Notes: generated by a model from the letters alone, not told the origin. Shown: positions 46,646 to 57,992, counted from the stretch's first letter. The stretch: 64,000 nt of DNA from an uncultured Spirochaetota bacterium (GCA_963783575.1 CAWAOD010000006.1:1-64000), one strand, 5' to 3'. A program made the numbers and translations.

Positions 46646-48348
46646 ATGAAAACATTAATTACTCTTTTAAATATTTTATTGCTTGCAATAGTTATTAGCT
46701 GCTCAAGCCAACCGGGAACATCCGGCGGTTCGTCCGGAGGTGGTAACAACGCTTCCTCCTTAAGCAGCCAAAACCCGGAAGTTCAAGCATGGGAAGCACA
46801 GGCATCCTCCCAATCATCCGGAAGTTCAAGTTCTGTTTCAAGCAGCACTTCATCCGGCTCCGGTCTTTCAGGCAGTATTATTTATGTTGCCAAAACAGGC
46901 GACGATAATAACCCGGGAACAAAAACAAGCCCGATGAAAACAATCCAGGAAGCAATAAATAAAGCTGCAGCATCAGGTTTTACCGGAATATATGCCGCGA
47001 CAGGAGTTTATAAAAACGGAGACGGCCTTCTGGATGACGGGCAGAATGGCATGACAATAACCAATAACAATCTTCAAATTATTGGCGGTTGGAATAACAC
47101 ATTTACTTCTCAAACCGGATATAGCGAACTGGACGGGCAGAAAAGCATGTTCATGTAATTTATGCAAACGGCGTCACCAACATTACTCTTAACGGTTTTG
47201 TCATCCGGGGCGGTGATGCTGAAGGCATTGAAAAATCCGGCGGAGGAATAAGGCTTGACATGGTTTCGTATAGCATACTATCAAATCTAATCGTCAGCAA
47301 TAATATTGCAGAAATGAGTGGTGGAGGGATTCTTCTTTATTATAAATGCCGCAATAATTATATAAACTGTTATTTATTCAATAATACCGTTTCCGCCGTT
47401 TCCATTTCAAACAGCTTCAATAATATATTAAACTGCCGGGTTATCAGTAATGTTGCAGGAGTTTACCTTGACCACAGCACCAATAATAATATAACAGGTA
47501 CTATTTCCTCCAATTTAAATACCGGAGTCTGGCTGCAATGCAGTCATGGAAACAGTATTAATGCGGATATCCAAAATAATAATATGTACGCAATATATAT
47601 GACAAATAGTTTCAGCAATACAATCCAGGGCTCGATTCAGAGTAATTGGTCAGGAATAAGAATAGAGATCGGGGAATATAATGTCATCAATGCTCTGGTT
47701 TCATATAACAGCGACCCGGGAGTTTATCTTTTAAATGCCTCTAACAACACAATATCCGGTACTATAAGTTATAATTCAAATTCATCCTATATTTACAGCT
47801 GGTATTCACCAGACGGGGGAGGAGTTTCTATCGGTGGATCTTCCACCAGTAATCTGATTAATGGAATTATTAATGGAAATAAAGCGCGAAAAGGAGCCGG
47901 GATTTATTCCGATGGAAATCTGTTCAATACAATCAGCGCAGTGATAATAAATAATATTGGGGTTGATGATTATAGCCCAACACTTTATTTCTCTCCGGGA
48001 AACTATGCCCAGGTCATTAATTCGGTTATCACAAATAATTACTCTTCATCAGGGAATAAATATTATTCCATTTCTTTCGAATTAGGAGGCGGCAATTCAG
48101 GAGATATAATCCTTTCAAATAATATCATAGGTGGAAAAATCGGTTCATTAGCGACGGGAATTTGTATTTTTGATAATAGTCCTTTTGGTAATTTTTTAAA
48201 AGTGCTGATGAACAATATATTCCTGACCAATAGTCTATCTAATTTATTTGAACTTACTATGTATGGCGGCGGTACCAATGACATCAATGTTTTGAATAGT
48301 ACAAATTTTACCAGGGCTGAGTTTGTTGGGGGAAATACAATTCAGTAA
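46646..48348 (+). CDS. Lipoprotein with Ser/Gly linker, DUF1565-like region and right-handed parallel beta-helix repeats (frameshift ~47150)
   Basis: Lipobox VISC; IYVAKTGDDNNPGTKTSPMKTIQEAI; Asn-rich repeats such as GGGI and NNTISG. Confidence 0.78.
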
Positions 48349-48460
48349 AACTAAAATCCTAATAATTATCCCGGTAGTCCCGTAATCATACGTAGTGAAA
48401 TATCGAACGCTGCTGAGCTTATTCAGGGGTAAGGCCGGAAGGTTTTCAATAATTATACAA

Positions 48461-48500
48461 TAAATAAGGTCGCCCATTGTATTATGAGTGGCCTTATTTA
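48461..48500. terminator. Probable bidirectional terminator between convergent genes
   Basis: Stem taaataaggtcgc/gtggccttattta. Confidence 0.6.
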
Positions 48501-48521
48501 GTTAACTGAGCATCATGCTCA

Positions 48522-49622
48522 TTAATCTTCGCCTCTCCCTTTAAGGCCCTTTGTTTCACTTGTAATTTTTCTTTCCGGTTCCCTTGGCCTCAGACTCCTT
48601 ACGGCAGCGCCAGCCTTCCACATTTCGGAATTCTTTATTATCAATAATTCGGAATTAAGCTTTGACTGATAATCCGGTTTACTGCATTCGGCTATTACCC
48701 TGCGTGTTTCAGTCCCATCCTTTACTCTCTTATAAAGTTCTTTAAATGAAGGAAGAACGGCTTCTTTAAACTTCGGCTTCCAGTCCAGAGCGCCTCTCTG
48801 AGCGGTCGCAGAGCAGTTGGAATACATCCAGTCCATGCCATTTTCATCAACAAGCCTGATCAGACTCTGGGTTAATTCCTCAACCGTTTCATTGAAAGCC
48901 TCACTTGGAGTATGCCCGTTTTCTCTTAAAACTTCATACTGAGCTTCCATTATTCCGGCCAAGGCACCCATCAATACACCTCGTTCACCTGTCAGGTCAC
49001 TGTAAACTTCCTGTTCGAACGTTGTCGGAAAGAGATAACCTGAGCCGACACCGATCCCGATTGCAAGAGTTCTATCTTTTGCCTTTTTTGTCGCATCCTG
49101 AAAAACCGCATAACTGGAATTGATTCCCGCGCCGGAAAGAAAATTCCTTCTTACGGAAGTGCCCGAACCTTTCGGAGCAACCATTATAACATCAACAAAG
49201 TCAGGCGGGATAACTTCTGTTTGATCCTTGTAAACAATAGAAAATCCATGTGAAAAATAAAGGGCATCTCCTTTCTTCAGGTTTTTTTTAACCATAGGCC
49301 AAATAGCCCTCTGAGCTGCATCGGTTACCAGCATCATAATGATGGTCCCTTTTTTTGTCGCTTCTTCTAGTTCAAAAAGGTCTTTTCCGGGAACCCAACC
49401 GTCATTTAAGGCTCTTTCCCAGTCCTTCTTAAACTGCTTGGATTGTCCCACAATCACCTTAAAACCGTTATCTTTTAAATTTAATGCCTGCGCAGGCCCT
49501 TGAACGCCATAACCCAGAACCGCGAATACCTCGTCTTTCAAAACTTCACGGGCTTTTGCGAGCGGGAATTCCTCTCGTGTGATTACAGTTTCAACTACAC
49601 CGCCGAAATCGATTTTTGCCAT
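48522..49622 (-). CDS. ilvC: Ketol-acid reductoisomerase
   Basis: GYGVQG, FSHGF, APKGSG, SDLTGER, EAFNE. Confidence 0.96.
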   Translation of the reverse strand: MAKIDFGGVVETVITREEFPLAKAREVLKDEVFAVLGYGVQGPAQALNLKDNGFKVIVGQSKQFKKDWERALNDGWVPGKDLFELEEATKKGTIIMMLVTDAAQRAIWPMVKKNLKKGDALYFSHGFSIVYKDQTEVIPPDFVDVIMVAPKGSGTSVRRNFLSGAGINSSYAVFQDATKKAKDRTLAIGIGVGSGYLFPTTFEQEVYSDLTGERGVLMGALAGIMEAQYEVLRENGHTPSEAFNETVEELTQSLIRLVDENGMDWMYSNCSATAQRGALDWKPKFKEAVLPSFKELYKRVKDGTETRRVIAECSKPDYQSKLNSELLIIKNSEMWKAGAAVRSLRPREPERKITSETKGLKGRGED

Positions 49623-49825
49623 AGCAACCTCCATTATTTTTTAATAAAATATAATTATTTATGGCTTTCATTATATTATTTATTACCTTAAAAATCAAAT
49701 AATCCGGTAAAAATCAATAAATATAAGGTTTATCAAAAACATTATGCTTGCATTTTTCAAGTAGATATTTTAAATTATAGATGAAGAAAATACATGTTAT
49801 TAATTGTTACGCAAAGGAGGAATTT

Positions 49826-50803
49826 ATGTATCCAATTAAACTCGGAATAATCGGCTGCGGAATAGCCGCGCGGGATTTGCACTGGCCGGCTTTGAAAGAA
49901 TTAAAGGATAAGTACGAAATAACCATGGTCTGTAACCATACTGAAGATAAGGCTAAGAGTTTTGCGGAAGTTACCGGTGGGGTCCCTTATGTTATGGACT
50001 ATCATGAACTATTAAAAAACCCCGATATTGAAGCGGTGGATATTGCCCTGCCGATTGAGCTTAATTATCTGGTTTCAGCAGATTCTTTAGCTGCAGGGAA
50101 GCATGTTATAACGGAAAAGCCACTTGCCTCAAGCCTGTCCGAAGGAAGGAAAATGGTGGAATTGGCCGGTAAATATCCTCTTGTTACTATGGTTGCCGAG
50201 CATTTCCGCTACAAGGAGGCCTTTCAAAGGGTTAAGACGGTCATCGAAGAAGGTGTTATCGGGGATGTAATGACGGTTTTCTGGAATAGTTTTGACAGGG
50301 TTCACCCGGATAACAACAAATACGCCCGTACAAAATGGAGGATTCATCATAAATACCCTGGTGGATTTCCTGTGGATGGAGGCGTACATAATATAGCCGC
50401 ACTCAGGGACATCTTCGGTGAAATAACAGGAACCGGGTCTTTTTCAAAAAGTTTCAATCCCGAAATCGGAGAGATAGATTCTTTGAGTTTTCAATTTAAA
50501 ACTGAGAAAAATATAAGTGGCGTTTTCAACAGTTTTTTTAGTGTGAATGGCTTTAATGAAAACCGGCTGATAATTCTCGGAACAAACGGTAGCTTGATTC
50601 TCGATGATGAAGACTTAACTGTAAATAACGGCAGCAATATAATTTTAAAGGAGAATTTTAAGCATAGCCTTGGATTTAAAGAAGAATTTGAGGATTTTTA
50701 TGAAGCTGTCAGGAATGGAAAGCATGTAAAAAGCTCTTTTTTTGAGGCTTACAGCGATTTGAAAGGTATTTTGGATGCCGTTTCTCTGGGTTCGGGCAGT
50801 TAA
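49826..50803 (+). CDS. Gfo/Idh/MocA family oxidoreductase
   Basis: GIIGCGIAA, KHVITEKP, DGGVH. Confidence 0.92.
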   Translation: MYPIKLGIIGCGIAARDLHWPALKELKDKYEITMVCNHTEDKAKSFAEVTGGVPYVMDYHELLKNPDIEAVDIALPIELNYLVSADSLAAGKHVITEKPLASSLSEGRKMVELAGKYPLVTMVAEHFRYKEAFQRVKTVIEEGVIGDVMTVFWNSFDRVHPDNNKYARTKWRIHHKYPGGFPVDGGVHNIAALRDIFGEITGTGSFSKSFNPEIGEIDSLSFQFKTEKNISGVFNSFFSVNGFNENRLIILGTNGSLILDDEDLTVNNGSNIILKENFKHSLGFKEEFEDFYEAVRNGKHVKSSFFEAYSDLKGILDAVSLGSGS

Positions 50804-50840
50804 AACCGCTTTCATTTATTAAAAAAAGAGGGTTATTAAT

Positions 50841-51848
50841 ATGAATAAGTATCCGGAGCGGAGTTTTATTTCTTTGGGTTATTTACTTATAATAATATTA
50901 TTATCAGGCTGTGCGGCAATAAAAAAAGAAAGTATTCTTGATAAACTTGCGGATATGCCTGCTAGGAAATTTGAAAATTATTTATTCGATCCTGAATCGG
51001 CACTGATTTCAAGGATTACCGGGACGCCGGGTTTTGCTCTTGATTATATGCGCGATATGGACGGCCGTAAAGATTATTCGGATTATAAACCGGATTCAAA
51101 TGATTTGAGGATTATAAGCGAAGGTTTTGAAATTCTGCCTCCTCTTACACAAAAAGTATTAAAAGAAAGGCTTATTGGAATTTATTTTATAAATAACTTG
51201 CTTGGCAGCGGACTGACAGATTTTGTATGGGACAAAAACAGGAAAATCTATGTTATAATGTTTTTCAACAGCAGGGTCTTCGGTAAAAATATTTCGGACT
51301 GGCTAACTTATAAGGAAAACACCTGTTTTAGAAATGATAACGGGAATTTCAAAGTCGTAATTGACTGCGGAACTAATTTGAACGGATTTAATTATATCCT
51401 GATTCATGAATCAACCCATTGTGTAGATTATGTCAATTCAGTCACCCCTTTTGTCGAGCCTGATTTAATGTCTCTTAAAAAAACAAACCGGTCTGGTTTT
51501 ACCGATAATATATGGCGGGATTATTATCATCCGGTAAAAGAATTCGATTTTATATACAGAAAAGATATAACTTTCTACGGGATTAACAAAGGCCCGAGGA
51601 TTGATATTTCTAATGTTATGGATGTTTACTCCGAATTGATGAACAGCCCGTTTCCTTCACTTTACGCCTCGCAGACATGGGCCGAGGACTTCGCGGAAAC
51701 GGTTACGTTCTATCATTTGACCTGTATTCTAAAGCAGCCATACAAGATCAGGATTTTCTGGGGCGAATCCCTGGTATCGGAATATGAGCCTATGAAATCG
51801 CAGAAAGTTATGCAGAGGTTTGATAATATAAAAATGTTTTATGAATAA
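50841..51848 (+). CDS. Lipoprotein with putative zincin metallopeptidase motif
   Basis: Lipobox LSGC; HESTH; AEDFAE. Confidence 0.6.
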   Translation: MNKYPERSFISLGYLLIIILLSGCAAIKKESILDKLADMPARKFENYLFDPESALISRITGTPGFALDYMRDMDGRKDYSDYKPDSNDLRIISEGFEILPPLTQKVLKERLIGIYFINNLLGSGLTDFVWDKNRKIYVIMFFNSRVFGKNISDWLTYKENTCFRNDNGNFKVVIDCGTNLNGFNYILIHESTHCVDYVNSVTPFVEPDLMSLKKTNRSGFTDNIWRDYYHPVKEFDFIYRKDITFYGINKGPRIDISNVMDVYSELMNSPFPSLYASQTWAEDFAETVTFYHLTCILKQPYKIRIFWGESLVSEYEPMKSQKVMQRFDNIKMFYE

Positions 51849-51867
51849 AATTCTAAGAGGGAAAAAT

Positions 51868-52371
51868 ATGCGTAAATTTATTTCTTGTGTGTTAACAGTA
51901 ATATTTTACTGCGTTGTGAATAGCTATTCTCAACCGGCAAATAATTACAGCATCGTTATTGTAAAAAATGAATTCAGCCTCAATCTTTACAGAGGAACAA
52001 ATCTTGTTAAAACTTTTCCTGTCGCGATAGGTAAAAATCCCGGCGACAAAATAAAATTCGGTGACTATAGGACGCCTGAGGGGGATTTTTATATCGTCAA
52101 TATTGAAAAATCAGCCAATTGGGAGCATGATTTCGGTGATGGTAAAGGCCCGATAAAAGGTGCATACGGCCCATGGTTTTTAAGGCTTTACACCGGTAAA
52201 GACAGAACAAAATCCGGTAAAACCTGGAAAGGCATCGGAATTCATGGCACACATGACCCTGCCTCTATAGGCACATTGGCTTCGGAAGGATGCATCCGTA
52301 TGCATAATGAGGATATTGCCGAACTGAAAAGCCTTGTAAAAATCGGCACACCGGTAAAAATTATAAGGTAG
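51868..52371 (+). CDS. L,D-transpeptidase (YkuD family)
   Basis: RTPEG, IGIHGT, SEGCIRM; signal peptide. Confidence 0.92.
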   Translation: MRKFISCVLTVIFYCVVNSYSQPANNYSIVIVKNEFSLNLYRGTNLVKTFPVAIGKNPGDKIKFGDYRTPEGDFYIVNIEKSANWEHDFGDGKGPIKGAYGPWFLRLYTGKDRTKSGKTWKGIGIHGTHDPASIGTLASEGCIRMHNEDIAELKSLVKIGTPVKIIR

Positions 52372-52741
52372 ACGGCTTATCCAGAATTGAAAGAATCATT
52401 GAATCTATATTCTCAACAAGCAGCGGTTTTGTCAGAAAACCTGCGATTTTTAACTGCTTTGTCTCCTCGATCAATTCTTCGGAAGAATAGCCTGTCATAA
52501 ATACTATGGGAATTTCGTACCTGGAAAGAATTTTCATTGCTGACTCGATTCCATTCATAAAACCTGCCAGTCTTATATCCATAAAAATAATATCCGGATT
52601 TATTTCATCGGTTTTTTGAATTGCTGATTCGCCCGTAGATACAGAAACTGCATTGAATCCATTGCTTTTTAAATGTTCGCAGATCATCATTGAAGTAAAA
52701 ACTTCGTCTTCAACAATTAATACTTTAATATCATCTTTCAT
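52361..52741 (-). CDS. Single-domain response regulator
   Basis: IVEDE, MDIRL, MTG, TKP. Confidence 0.93.
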   Translation of the reverse strand: MKDDIKVLIVEDEVFTSMMICEHLKSNGFNAVSVSTGESAIQKTDEINPDIIFMDIRLAGFMNGIESAMKILSRYEIPIVFMTGYSSEELIEETKQLKIAGFLTKPLLVENIDSMILSILDKPSTL

Positions 52742-52789
52742 AAGACCTTCATTGAATTTTAAATAAAATAAAAAATCGTATCTTGAGAT

Positions 52790-55048
52790 TTATACCCTGC
52801 TCTTATAGAGACTATCTTTAAAGTTTATTTTGCAAGATGAACCGGTTTTTCCGGAGAACTCTATTTTCCCTTGAAGCTGCTGTTCACTTATAGCTATAAT
52901 GCTCTGAATCCCCAGATTTCCATCAGTCCTGAAATTAAAATTCTCTGAAGTCCCAATACCGTTGTCTGATATTTCAAGTTCAATCTCATCACATGTTCTT
53001 TGAAGCCTTATTTTAATTTCTCCTGTCCTTTCGCCGGGAAAAGCATGCTTAAAACAATTTGACAATAGTTCATTAATAATTAACCCGCAGGGTACTGCCG
53101 TATCCATCAAAACAAAAATATCCTCAAGCTCAAACCTCGGAGTAATTTTACCGGGCACAACTTCAAAACTTTTTAAGATCAATTCCGACAATTCTTTTAT
53201 ATAATCACCAAGGTTAATACTGGAGAGATTCCGGGATTGATAAAGTTTCTCATGCACAAGCGCCATAGAGCGAATCCTGTTTTCCATATCCTTAAAAATA
53301 CTTTTGATTATATCATTCTTATAGCGGGAAGATTGAAGATCCAGCATGGCGCTGATAACCTGCATATTATTTTTTGTCCTGTGGTAAAGTTCCTGTAGAA
53401 GCGCTTCCTTTTCCTTAAGATTTAACTTAATTTTTTCTTCGGCGGATTTACGGCCTGTTATATCCTCTATTAAAGCAAGATAATACAGGAACTGCCCCTC
53501 CGAATCGCGCAGAATATTAAGATCGAGCTTTCCCCAGATTATACTGCCGTTTTTTGCGATGTATCTTTTCTCCGTACGATAAACAGGTATATCACCGTTT
53601 GTTAATCTTTTAATGTTTTCGGTATCTGCTTCTATATATTCGGGATGAGTTATATCTTTAAAAGAAAGTTTCAACATTTCACTTTCTTTATAACCGAACA
53701 AAGAACAAAATGCTTCATTGACCCTGATGAACCAGAAGTTCTTGTCCGACATTGCCATACCGAAAGGGCCCTGTTCAAAAACCATCCTGAACCGTTTCTC
53801 GCTTTTTTCCAGCTCCTCGTCTAATTTTTTGCGATTCGTAATATCTTTATCAAAAACTAGAACAGCAGGCTTTTTTTCCCATAAAATTCCGGAAACATGC
53901 CTCTCAAACCATTTTACTTTATCATTTTTATCAATAAACCTGAAAGAATAATTTTCAGGAACCTTCTGGCCTTCCCGGCGCTTAAAGATATATCCCTTTA
54001 CCATATCACGGTCTTTGGGATATACTTTCTCCAGAAAAGAACTTGTATTTATATCATCCATAGTAAATCCGGTCAACTTCAACAAATTTGAATTGGCAAA
54101 TTTCAATACCCCATCCTGTGCTACTGTGATTATTTCATCTGTGCTTTCAAGTAAAATTTTGTATTTTTCATCCCATTCGCTGTGAATCGTTTCGGCTTTT
54201 TTCCTTTCTGTAATATCGGAAATCATACCGTCATATCCAATAAGAATCCCCTGGCTATCATAAAGTAGAACAGGAGTATTTCTGATCCAGCGTATGGTAC
54301 CGTCTATATGAATAATCCTGTGCTCCAGCGGAGAAGCGGTTTTTCCAATCAAAAGATTAGCTGCCTGTTCAGTTACGGACTGCCTGTCGTCAATATATAC
54401 GATCTCGTACCACAAATACTGATCGGAAGCAAACTCTTCGGCTGTATAGCCTGTAACGTTAAAGCATCCTGCCCCATGGTAGGTTTCAACTGGCCTTCCG
54501 GATTCTATTTTGACCGAATATATATAATCTGTTATTGAAGCAAGCAAATGGCTCAGCCTTTCTTCACTGCTCATTAAGGCGTCCGGCATTATTTTACGCT
54601 CATTGATAATCTGGAAACAAACTGCAATTCCTATCTTTTGCGGAAATATACGCACTTCATACCTGCTTCGATACAATTCGTTTTCAAAAAAAACCTCAAA
54701 TGCCATGTACTTTTTTTCTATTATTGCCTGATGGAATTTTTCATCAAAAACTGATCCCTTTCCCTCCTTAAAAACATCAAATATATATTTACTTCCGACT
54801 TCTCTGCTTTTTTTATTCAGCATTTTTTCCGCAGAATGATTAAAGTAAGTTATCTTAAGGTTTTCATCAAGCGTGAACAAAGCCTCGCTGATATTATCAA
54901 AAATATTATTAATTTTTTCCGTATCTTCTTCAACAACTTTCTTATTATACTTAAGTTTTGATTCCAGGGCCTTTTGGCCGGACGTACTTTCCCTGAACCC
55001 CTTGATCGAATTAAACAATTGTGAAATTGTTTTTTTTCGTTCCTTCAT
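52790..55048 (-). CDS. Multi-PAS sensor histidine kinase (HisKA_2 type)
   Basis: Several PAS/PAC domains (DITERKK), ELYHRTKNNMQ, NELLSNCFKHAF, DNGIG. Confidence 0.93.
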   Translation of the reverse strand: MKERKKTISQLFNSIKGFRESTSGQKALESKLKYNKKVVEEDTEKINNIFDNISEALFTLDENLKITYFNHSAEKMLNKKSREVGSKYIFDVFKEGKGSVFDEKFHQAIIEKKYMAFEVFFENELYRSRYEVRIFPQKIGIAVCFQIINERKIMPDALMSSEERLSHLLASITDYIYSVKIESGRPVETYHGAGCFNVTGYTAEEFASDQYLWYEIVYIDDRQSVTEQAANLLIGKTASPLEHRIIHIDGTIRWIRNTPVLLYDSQGILIGYDGMISDITERKKAETIHSEWDEKYKILLESTDEIITVAQDGVLKFANSNLLKLTGFTMDDINTSSFLEKVYPKDRDMVKGYIFKRREGQKVPENYSFRFIDKNDKVKWFERHVSGILWEKKPAVLVFDKDITNRKKLDEELEKSEKRFRMVFEQGPFGMAMSDKNFWFIRVNEAFCSLFGYKESEMLKLSFKDITHPEYIEADTENIKRLTNGDIPVYRTEKRYIAKNGSIIWGKLDLNILRDSEGQFLYYLALIEDITGRKSAEEKIKLNLKEKEALLQELYHRTKNNMQVISAMLDLQSSRYKNDIIKSIFKDMENRIRSMALVHEKLYQSRNLSSINLGDYIKELSELILKSFEVVPGKITPRFELEDIFVLMDTAVPCGLIINELLSNCFKHAFPGERTGEIKIRLQRTCDEIELEISDNGIGTSENFNFRTDGNLGIQSIIAISEQQLQGKIEFSGKTGSSCKINFKDSLYKSRV

Positions 55049-55292
55049 AGATAACCCCTTTGCTGATTTCGGGAGTTAAAAATAAGATCAGCTTTTTTAA
55101 AATTTTTAATAGAATAATAAAATACTTTAAATAAAATGATTGATTACTTTACCGAGAATATTAAATTGAAAAGAATTAATTTATTATTAATAAAATAATA
55201 ATAGAAGCTGTAATAATCAATATTTTTATTAATAAAAGTTTTATGAAATAGCAGATCGAAGGTATAAATCAATAAATAAAAGTTTTACGAAA

Positions 55293-56495
55293 TTATTTTG
55301 ACGCCAAAATCCTTGCTATCCAGATAAGTGCCAGTGTATGGCCAATAATAGCTCCGATTGTAACTGAAACAAATACTGCAAGGATTTTTGTAACCCTGTT
55401 TTTCAGAAATCCTTTAAAAGTCATTATATCATCATTCAGGCTTTCAAAATCTTTAACTCTCGGTTTTCTAAGAATCGCTTCAAGAGGAGCCAGAAGAATA
55501 CCGGCTGACGTTGTCGGAATAATGATCTTGATCGGTGCGGCTATCCAGGAAGCAAGAATTGTCAGCGGATGAGCAAGAACTATCGCTGCGAAAACTGCTG
55601 TACAGGTTCCTGAAGCGGCTACCCAGGCCCAGAGCATTGATAAACCGGCATCTCTGCCCTTAAAAAAGAACCCGAAAACAATGACTGCCAGAATTATTCC
55701 TATGAATACCCAGGGAATTATTTTACCGGCAACCCCGGGTCTGGGGACAATCTCTACCGAAGGATTATATTCGAATGACCCTTCCAGATAATTACCTATT
55801 CCTTTTTGATGGCCTTTTCCTATAACGGCAACTATTTTATTACCGGGTGCATTTTTAATTTTCTGCGCTATAAACATATCCCTTTCATCAATAAATACCT
55901 GCTTTACTTTTGGAAGTTTTTGAGCAAAGACTCCCATAATCTGGTTAAACATATCCTCGCCTTTTAAAAGTTCATCGATATCTTTCTTTTCAACCTTTTC
56001 TTCAACAAAAAAAGATTCAAGCAGAACTTCGAATATCTTCATCCTGTCAGCGAAGGATGAAAGCCGCCAGGCCCTTTTTAAAGTCACGTTTACATCCCTG
56101 TCGGCAAGAACGATATTCTTTCCTTTTTCCTCTGCAATCCTTGCCGCAGTTACCATTTCCTCACCTGGGGCGGATTCCATGTCGGCCCCAATCCTTTTTT
56201 GAAAGGCCGATAAAACCATATTTGCAAAAAGAAGAAATCCTTTCCCCTCGCGGATAACCTTTACAATGTCCAGATTCTTCCATCTTTCCTTATTTTTTAG
56301 AGATTCATACCTTGAATCGCATAGTTCAATGCAGACCGTATCCGGATTAACGCTTTCAATAAGGGTTTCCACTTCCTTCCGGCTTTCTTCCAGAACATGA
56401 GCGGTACCGAGTATATATATTTCTTTATTACCGACATTGATTTTAATTGTATTGGCAGTAAGTGCCTCAACATTATCCATTAAAGTTGTTTCCAT
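55293..56495 (-). CDS. TraB/GumN family protein (pheromone shutdown-like) with C-terminal TMs
   Basis: LGTAHV, CIELCDSR, PGEEM, DERD, VIGKGH. Confidence 0.9.
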   Translation of the reverse strand: METTLMDNVEALTANTIKINVGNKEIYILGTAHVLEESRKEVETLIESVNPDTVCIELCDSRYESLKNKERWKNLDIVKVIREGKGFLLFANMVLSAFQKRIGADMESAPGEEMVTAARIAEEKGKNIVLADRDVNVTLKRAWRLSSFADRMKIFEVLLESFFVEEKVEKKDIDELLKGEDMFNQIMGVFAQKLPKVKQVFIDERDMFIAQKIKNAPGNKIVAVIGKGHQKGIGNYLEGSFEYNPSVEIVPRPGVAGKIIPWVFIGIILAVIVFGFFFKGRDAGLSMLWAWVAASGTCTAVFAAIVLAHPLTILASWIAAPIKIIIPTTSAGILLAPLEAILRKPRVKDFESLNDDIMTFKGFLKNRVTKILAVFVSVTIGAIIGHTLALIWIARILASK

Positions 56496-56577
56496 ATTTT
56501 ACCTCATAAAATTGGTTATCATAAGGACAGTTGGGTTTAATAAAATTTTTTAAACTGCCCAAATCTTAATTTGATGG

Positions 56578-57852
56578 CTATTTGCCATCAAATTGTTTCG
56601 CACGGTCGATTTCAGCACCGAGATTGATAAGCTTTTCTTCGAGTTTCTCGTAACCCCTGTCAATGTGATAGACCCTCAACACTTCGCTCAAACCGTGAGC
56701 CGCAAGTGCTCCTATAACAAGCCCTGCCCCTGCCCTCAAATCCGATACCATAACAGCGGCGCCAGAAAGGTTTTTTACTCCTTTTACAACGGCTGTAGGG
56801 CCGTCAACTTTTATATCCGCACCCATACGATTCAATTCCGCCGCGTGCATAAAGCGATCGGGAAAAATCTTTTCTGAAATTATGCTGATCCCATCGCTGA
56901 TACTTATCAAGGCCATTAGTTGAGCCTGCAGGTCTGTAGGGAAATACGGATATGGCCTCGTCTCGACCTCAATCGGCCGGATTGTTTTTCCCCTGGCTAT
57001 TATCTGATCGTTTGAGAGAATTTCTATTTCAACGCCTGCTCTGGAAAAATATTCGATTGGGGCCTCAAGATGGCGGATATTCACATTTTTTAAAAGAATT
57101 TCACCGGCAGTAATACCCGCGGCGGCTATAAAAGTGCCGGTTTCTATTCTATCTGGAATGATTGAATAATCTGTACCGTTTATTTCATTAATACCCTCAA
57201 TTTCAATGATGCTGCTACCGGCGCCTTTAATTTTAGCCCCCATGGAATTAAGGCAGTTTGCAAGATCTTCAACCTCCGGCTCACATGCCGATCCTTCAAT
57301 AACAGTAATTCCTTTGGCCAATACCGCTGCCATCATGACATTTTCCGTAGCAAGAACACTCGGGCCATTATTTCCTAAAAGGTTAATCCTTTTCCCGGTA
57401 AGCTCTTTCGCCTGAGCCCAGATATATCCATGCTCAATCAACATTTCAGTACCAAGGGCTTTCATTCCGCGGATATGGATATCAATTGGACGCGGGCCTA
57501 TAACGCATCCTCCGGGGGGCGGAACTTTCGCCTTGCCCTTCCTTGCCAGCAAAGGCCCCATAACGGCTATCGATGCCCTCATTTTACGCACAACATCATA
57601 CGGTGCCTCATATTTTTCAGCATTTACTTCGCTTATAATTAAGGTATTGCTGCTGAATTCAATCTTTTTTCCCAGAATTTCAAGTAACTGTTTCATCGTA
57701 TGTATATCCATCAGATCAGGCACATTCCTCAGGGTAACATTTTCTTTTGTAAGAAGCGAAGCCGCCATAATCGGAAGAGTCGCATTTTTAGAGCCACTAA
57801 TGGTTACAGTCCCCTTTAATTTTTTCTGGCCTTTGATAATATATTTGTACAT
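56578..57852 (-). CDS. murA: UDP-N-acetylglucosamine 1-carboxyvinyltransferase
   Basis: SGSKNA, KMRAS, PGGCVIGPRP, FPTDLQAQ, DLRAG. Confidence 0.97.
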   Translation of the reverse strand: MYKYIIKGQKKLKGTVTISGSKNATLPIMAASLLTKENVTLRNVPDLMDIHTMKQLLEILGKKIEFSSNTLIISEVNAEKYEAPYDVVRKMRASIAVMGPLLARKGKAKVPPPGGCVIGPRPIDIHIRGMKALGTEMLIEHGYIWAQAKELTGKRINLLGNNGPSVLATENVMMAAVLAKGITVIEGSACEPEVEDLANCLNSMGAKIKGAGSSIIEIEGINEINGTDYSIIPDRIETGTFIAAAGITAGEILLKNVNIRHLEAPIEYFSRAGVEIEILSNDQIIARGKTIRPIEVETRPYPYFPTDLQAQLMALISISDGISIISEKIFPDRFMHAAELNRMGADIKVDGPTAVVKGVKNLSGAAVMVSDLRAGAGLVIGALAAHGLSEVLRVYHIDRGYEKLEEKLINLGAEIDRAKQFDGK

Positions 57853-57992
57853 AAAGTTTCCTATTTTAAATGACTTTAATTTTCCATTATATCAAATTTA
57901 TTACATTGATTATAAGGTATTTTTAAAAAAAATGACAGTTTAAATTGAACTGATGTCAATATTGACAATTATCAATATAAATTGAACTATGT

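Noticed and set aside
55293..56495. Conjugation gene suggested by the TraB name
   Set aside because: This is the chromosomal TraB/PrgY/GumN family; there are no T4SS or relaxase genes nearby.
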